A stretch of 64,000 bases of DNA from contig NW_026857358.1 of NCBI RefSeq assembly GCF_026571515.1, positions 186,001-250,000 on the forward strand. Direction: 5' to 3'. Shown piece after piece: positions 59,626-64,000 of the stretch. Below the pieces are notes generated by a model. That model made no database searches and was not told where the DNA came from. It saw only the letters and a list, made by a program, of their open reading frames with translations. The translations under genes and the position numbers were made by a program. The stretch comes from Ruditapes philippinarum. Lineage: Eukaryota. Position 1 is the stretch's first letter. Each line of letters starts with the position of its first letter.

Positions 59626-62600
59626 ACGGACAGTGTAAAGGGACATCAAAAAGACTCCACTGACGAGGCGAATGATATACTTTATCAATTAAAGTTATTA
59701 TATTCTTTATATGTCAAAAATACAGGTGATATAATAAATTTGTACTTTATCAAAATAAAGAAATTTTCCTCGTCAGAAAATGTTCATAATTTAATTAAAA
59801 TTACTAACATCTTAAAATATAATTTATATTTTAGTCAGTATTTTTGCATATGTCACAATGTAACAATGACATATTTGAAATTAAATCTACGTCACCCACA
59901 GAATATTGCCAAATATATTCTCGTCAGACGAAAGATACGTTGAAAACAAATAATATGAGCTGAATAATCATAAAAGTCTTACATATTAGAATATATGTAG
60001 AGACTCAAACATACATGTATATAAGTGTGAAACATGTTAGGTTGTCCAACACTGCCTGATGAAATCTGAAAAGTTAGAGACTTGAGGGAAAATAATAGCA
60101 ATTTCGTGTCATTTCCCAATTGGCATTGCCGGTGTCTAAGTCTTATTTCTGTAACTAATCATCACTAATAAATCATAGCTCAGGGACTGGACAGATTGCG
60201 ACATCTAAGAAGAAATTGGGTAGAACAAATCGAATAACCAACACACGTTACACTCTGCTGGGACATTGAACATCGCATTAACAGCATTATATCAAATAAA
60301 ATTCTACTTTGTCTAAATTAAATACTGTCAATGAAAATTTGGGATAAAAACAACAATTCATTGTAATCATTTCATTATTCTATATCCTTTTAAAGAATAT
60401 TGAGCTTATCCGAATTTAGGAATTGTCCGATTTTCAATATGACTGAAACATAAGTGAATATGTGTCTATGACACCGGTTCGTAGGTGGGGTAATAAGAAG
60501 CTAAATATGCTGTTAGTGTGAACAAAGGTTAATAATATTAAACAGCTCATCTGTTAACTACAATAGTCAAGCGGTGAAAATAAATCTCATCAAACGGACC
60601 CCTACCATGAAAAATATTTATTCTGATCGTCCAATGTCACATATTTGCATTTAGTAAATTAATACACTGAAAAAATAGGAAGAATTAGCCACGCCGTTCA
60701 TGGCGAAAGTTTAATTTTGGAGTCGTGTCGACCCTTTCATGATTTATCCGATTAACACAAGCCGCATCTCATTGTACTGAGGTCGAATTGATACTTGCTT
60801 TTTAAAGTTACCAAAGGGGGGATTAAATAAAGGAATGACAGTTGAAATGCCTGCAGTAGCTATGATCATTTTTTATTAAATTCAATAAGAAAATAAATTG
60901 TTTGTTTGAGCGAAACGAATCGACAATAATCTTGGCATACGATGGCATTTACAAACTCATTATTTGTGTTCGGGATGCAGAAAATGTGGTCAGAAGTTGT
61001 CAATTGAAGATGAATGGACAATTCCCATGAGGTCACGTGATGAATCCAGCACGCGTCTTGCACGCGCTAAAATCTCGGGATATCGTTATGAGACAATCAA
61101 GTTGACTAACAGTCCATGGGACCGAAAATTAACTACAGATTGAAAAGTTGCACCAATTTGTCAATTATCAAAAGCAAGATCATCGATAGAGAGATGATAA
61201 TTATACGATTAGTTTGTCATCACATGTTGTGCTGTGTAACTGTAAATGTTTGTATTTTGTCCAATATTTGTATTACAAGTGACACTAATTAGTATCGGTT
61301 TAAACATAAACATTTCAGAGACAATACAATTGCTCATAAAGTAGAACAATAGAAATGTCATAAACTAATTGTAATAGTGTTGAGATAACATCAACAAGAA
61401 CGGTTGAACGTCCAAGAAGCTGGAATTATTGTATTCATTGACAACACTAGCCCAATAATCTCTGATTAGGCAATGCTGAAATGTGACACTAACTAAACAG
61501 CGCGCAACTCGTAACCAATGTCGTTATCGTCCGTATTAAGAAAATGTAGAATATTGTCGGAATAGGTATATGTTATCAATACAAATGCGTGAATATGTTT
61601 AGATAAATACATGATAATTCAGCAAATAGTTACTATGGATATGTTATAATCAAGACAGAAAGTCCAGACCAACCTGGTATGGACAAGTATGAAAGATTTG
61701 GTGTTAATTACAGTTTACTAATAATAATGAGAGAAAAATGATATTTTTGTAAGAAGATATTTCTCATTTGTGTCACTTGTGCTTTGTGTCTATTTCTTAT
61801 ATTTCTTTAAAAATAATTGTTAAACAGTCAACGTCGTAGAAGGTGTTATACTTTAAGAATCACATTGAACGAAAACATTTCTCAATTTCGTGCGATATTC
61901 CCCTCAAGGTTATTGGCATTTTCGCTCCTATTTATTTACGAAAATACTGGCATAATCAAAACAATAAAAGAATATGTTAACTGTAATTGGTCTTTTTTCT
62001 TTAATTGTGCGAAAATATTTGTCGTATTTTATAATGTATGTTACGCTATTAAACTTGCAGACGTAGTAAAATCACATTCTCTCCTGTTATTAACAGTAGA
62101 GAATCGGAAACTTCCGTCAAAGACATTAAGCATTGTAGCGACAGATTTTTGGCACATTCAATCCGAACCAAACATCCTTAGTTGACATTAAATCTGTATT
62201 AGTATGCAGAAAAGATTTAAGTAGGCTCTCAATTGAGCAGCATTTTATTCCATTTTACAATTGAACACTCGTGGCGACTTTTTCCAACGTCTGAAAAATT
62301 AGCATAACAAAGGCGGTTAAAGTGGTCCTCCTTGACGAGCCCCTTGGTCTCAAAGGTTTACACTTTAACGAAACAATTGTCAGTCAGATCTGTTACGTTG
62401 TGGTTCCGAAAAAGTTTGCTTATTTCCTACGCAACATTTAGAAAATTGACAAAGAATGGGAAAATTATTCACTTCTTGACATAAACCAATCAAACGTAGA
62501 ATAACATCCTTGTTATTTGCGGATGAAATGTAATACTGTGCAAACGCTTTCAAATGCAAGTAGCTTTTTCAAACAGAAAAACGAACTTGATTTTATGTCT

Positions 62601-64000
62601 TTTTTTACTGGAAATTGCCATCATACTATATATCACAATCAACACAAATGCTGCTTCTTTTCGAAACCTGAAAAGTTCACCAATTACTTTCTTGAACTTT
62701 AGATATGTACTAGTAAAACGACACAAAGTACAATAATAGCAACTTTTCAAGTAGCGGTTTGGGCATTAAAGGTATATAACTGGACCAAGAAATCTCCTTA
62801 GAAACACGCTGCTAGGAGAGAAAATTGAGTTAGTAAATCTGTAACCGTAACAATTAATGTGGGAAAAACACTTGTAAAATATATGACCACGTTCGTAAGT
62901 ACCAGTAAATCCATTATGACCAGTGTTTATGAATATCATTTACCTCTATAAAACATTTATGTTTTCTCTCATTTGTGTCCGCGCCTCAACGGGATACTAG
63001 TTCCATAAGGGTGCTTAATGCGGTTAGATGAAAGAGAGTAACCGTTAATTTATTATTTAACGTTAAAACATATATACCATTGATGTAAGGGTGAAACCCA
63101 CGGCGCCGACATGTCTTCAATTTCTTGGTCAGAAAAACTTTCAACAATTTTAATGATAATCTGAACCTGGTAAGTTTAGACATAATGGACGCCGGTCAGA
63201 AATGTTTACTACCTCATATAGATTACTATCGGGATATTTTAAAGTCACCTACATTCTGTTGTAATGGCAAATCTCAAAATCTGATATACAGTCCACTCAT
63301 TTCTAGAATCCCTATTGCGTTTATTACAAAAAAATAAGTTATACATTGTACTGGATATATTCTATCAACGTTTTTATCAAAGAAAATAGAATTTGTGGAA
63401 TTTTAAAAGGAACCAGCGAAACATTAGAGTAGGAAACGCAGCCGACACGATATCAAGCGGAAAATAAAATAGAATAAAATATGAAGGAAAAAAAAGGAAA
63501 AAAAAAACACTTTTAAAAAATTTAAGCTCGTTGTAAAGCTCAGAGAAATTACGCACTAACAGAGGGAAGAGATTTAAACTCTTAAAAAACTCTGACGATT
63601 TTTAAAGTATGCTGTAGGAAATAAATACTGTTTGACTGTGAAAAATGACGCCAACCACAAAATACCACTTTGTCGTCTGCTACAACAGTTTTATTGGTAT
63701 ACTTATACTCGTATACACAAATGGAAGGCAGAAAAAGGTGACGTTCATTTGAAGACTTCTCGCCAAAAGGCAGAATGTAATTTAAAACATAATTGTCTTA
63801 AGTGATGGCATCAAAACAAATTACATAAAGTGAAAACTGCACCTGTAGCTTGTTGTTTTACAACATTGAAATGTAAAAACATTTGTAAAAGCATCAATTT
63901 AATTGCCAACATCCCTTTTAATTTGAATGTTTCTCCCCTATAATGAAAGGAACGTAAAACTAGCATCTAAGATGTTACTTCAACAATCTAATTACTCCAG

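Overview
AT-rich eukaryotic (animal) genomic DNA with spliceosomal introns and three N-gaps. The repeat families resemble those of bivalve molluscs, but the taxon is an inference. Two convergent (tail-to-tail) protein-coding genes can be rebuilt by hand from GT-AG junctions with consistent phases. (1) The 3' 14 coding exons (1111-16045, +) of an M1 zinc aminopeptidase most like glutamyl aminopeptidase/aminopeptidase A (ENPEP); its 5' exons lie before the window. (2) A complete three-coding-exon Pitx homeobox gene (56826-49148, -; about 307 aa, K50 homeodomain, OAR domain). This is the same gene pair and orientation as human ENPEP-PITX2 at 4q25, suggesting ancient bilaterian microsynteny. The most unusual local structure is a ~3.1 kb array of ~52 copies of a 59-bp unit in an ENPEP intron. 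The unit is the intron/exon junction itself (branch-like motif, AG acceptor, the first 7 codons of the exon, then a new GT), so ~50 decoy acceptors or candidate microexons precede the real exon. The remainder is a gene-free interval with three more satellites (67, 29/32 and 21 bp), Helentron/HINE-like elements, SINE/LINE remnants, microsatellites and candidate Pitx cis-regulatory elements. Almost all other ORFs in the supplied track are spurious.
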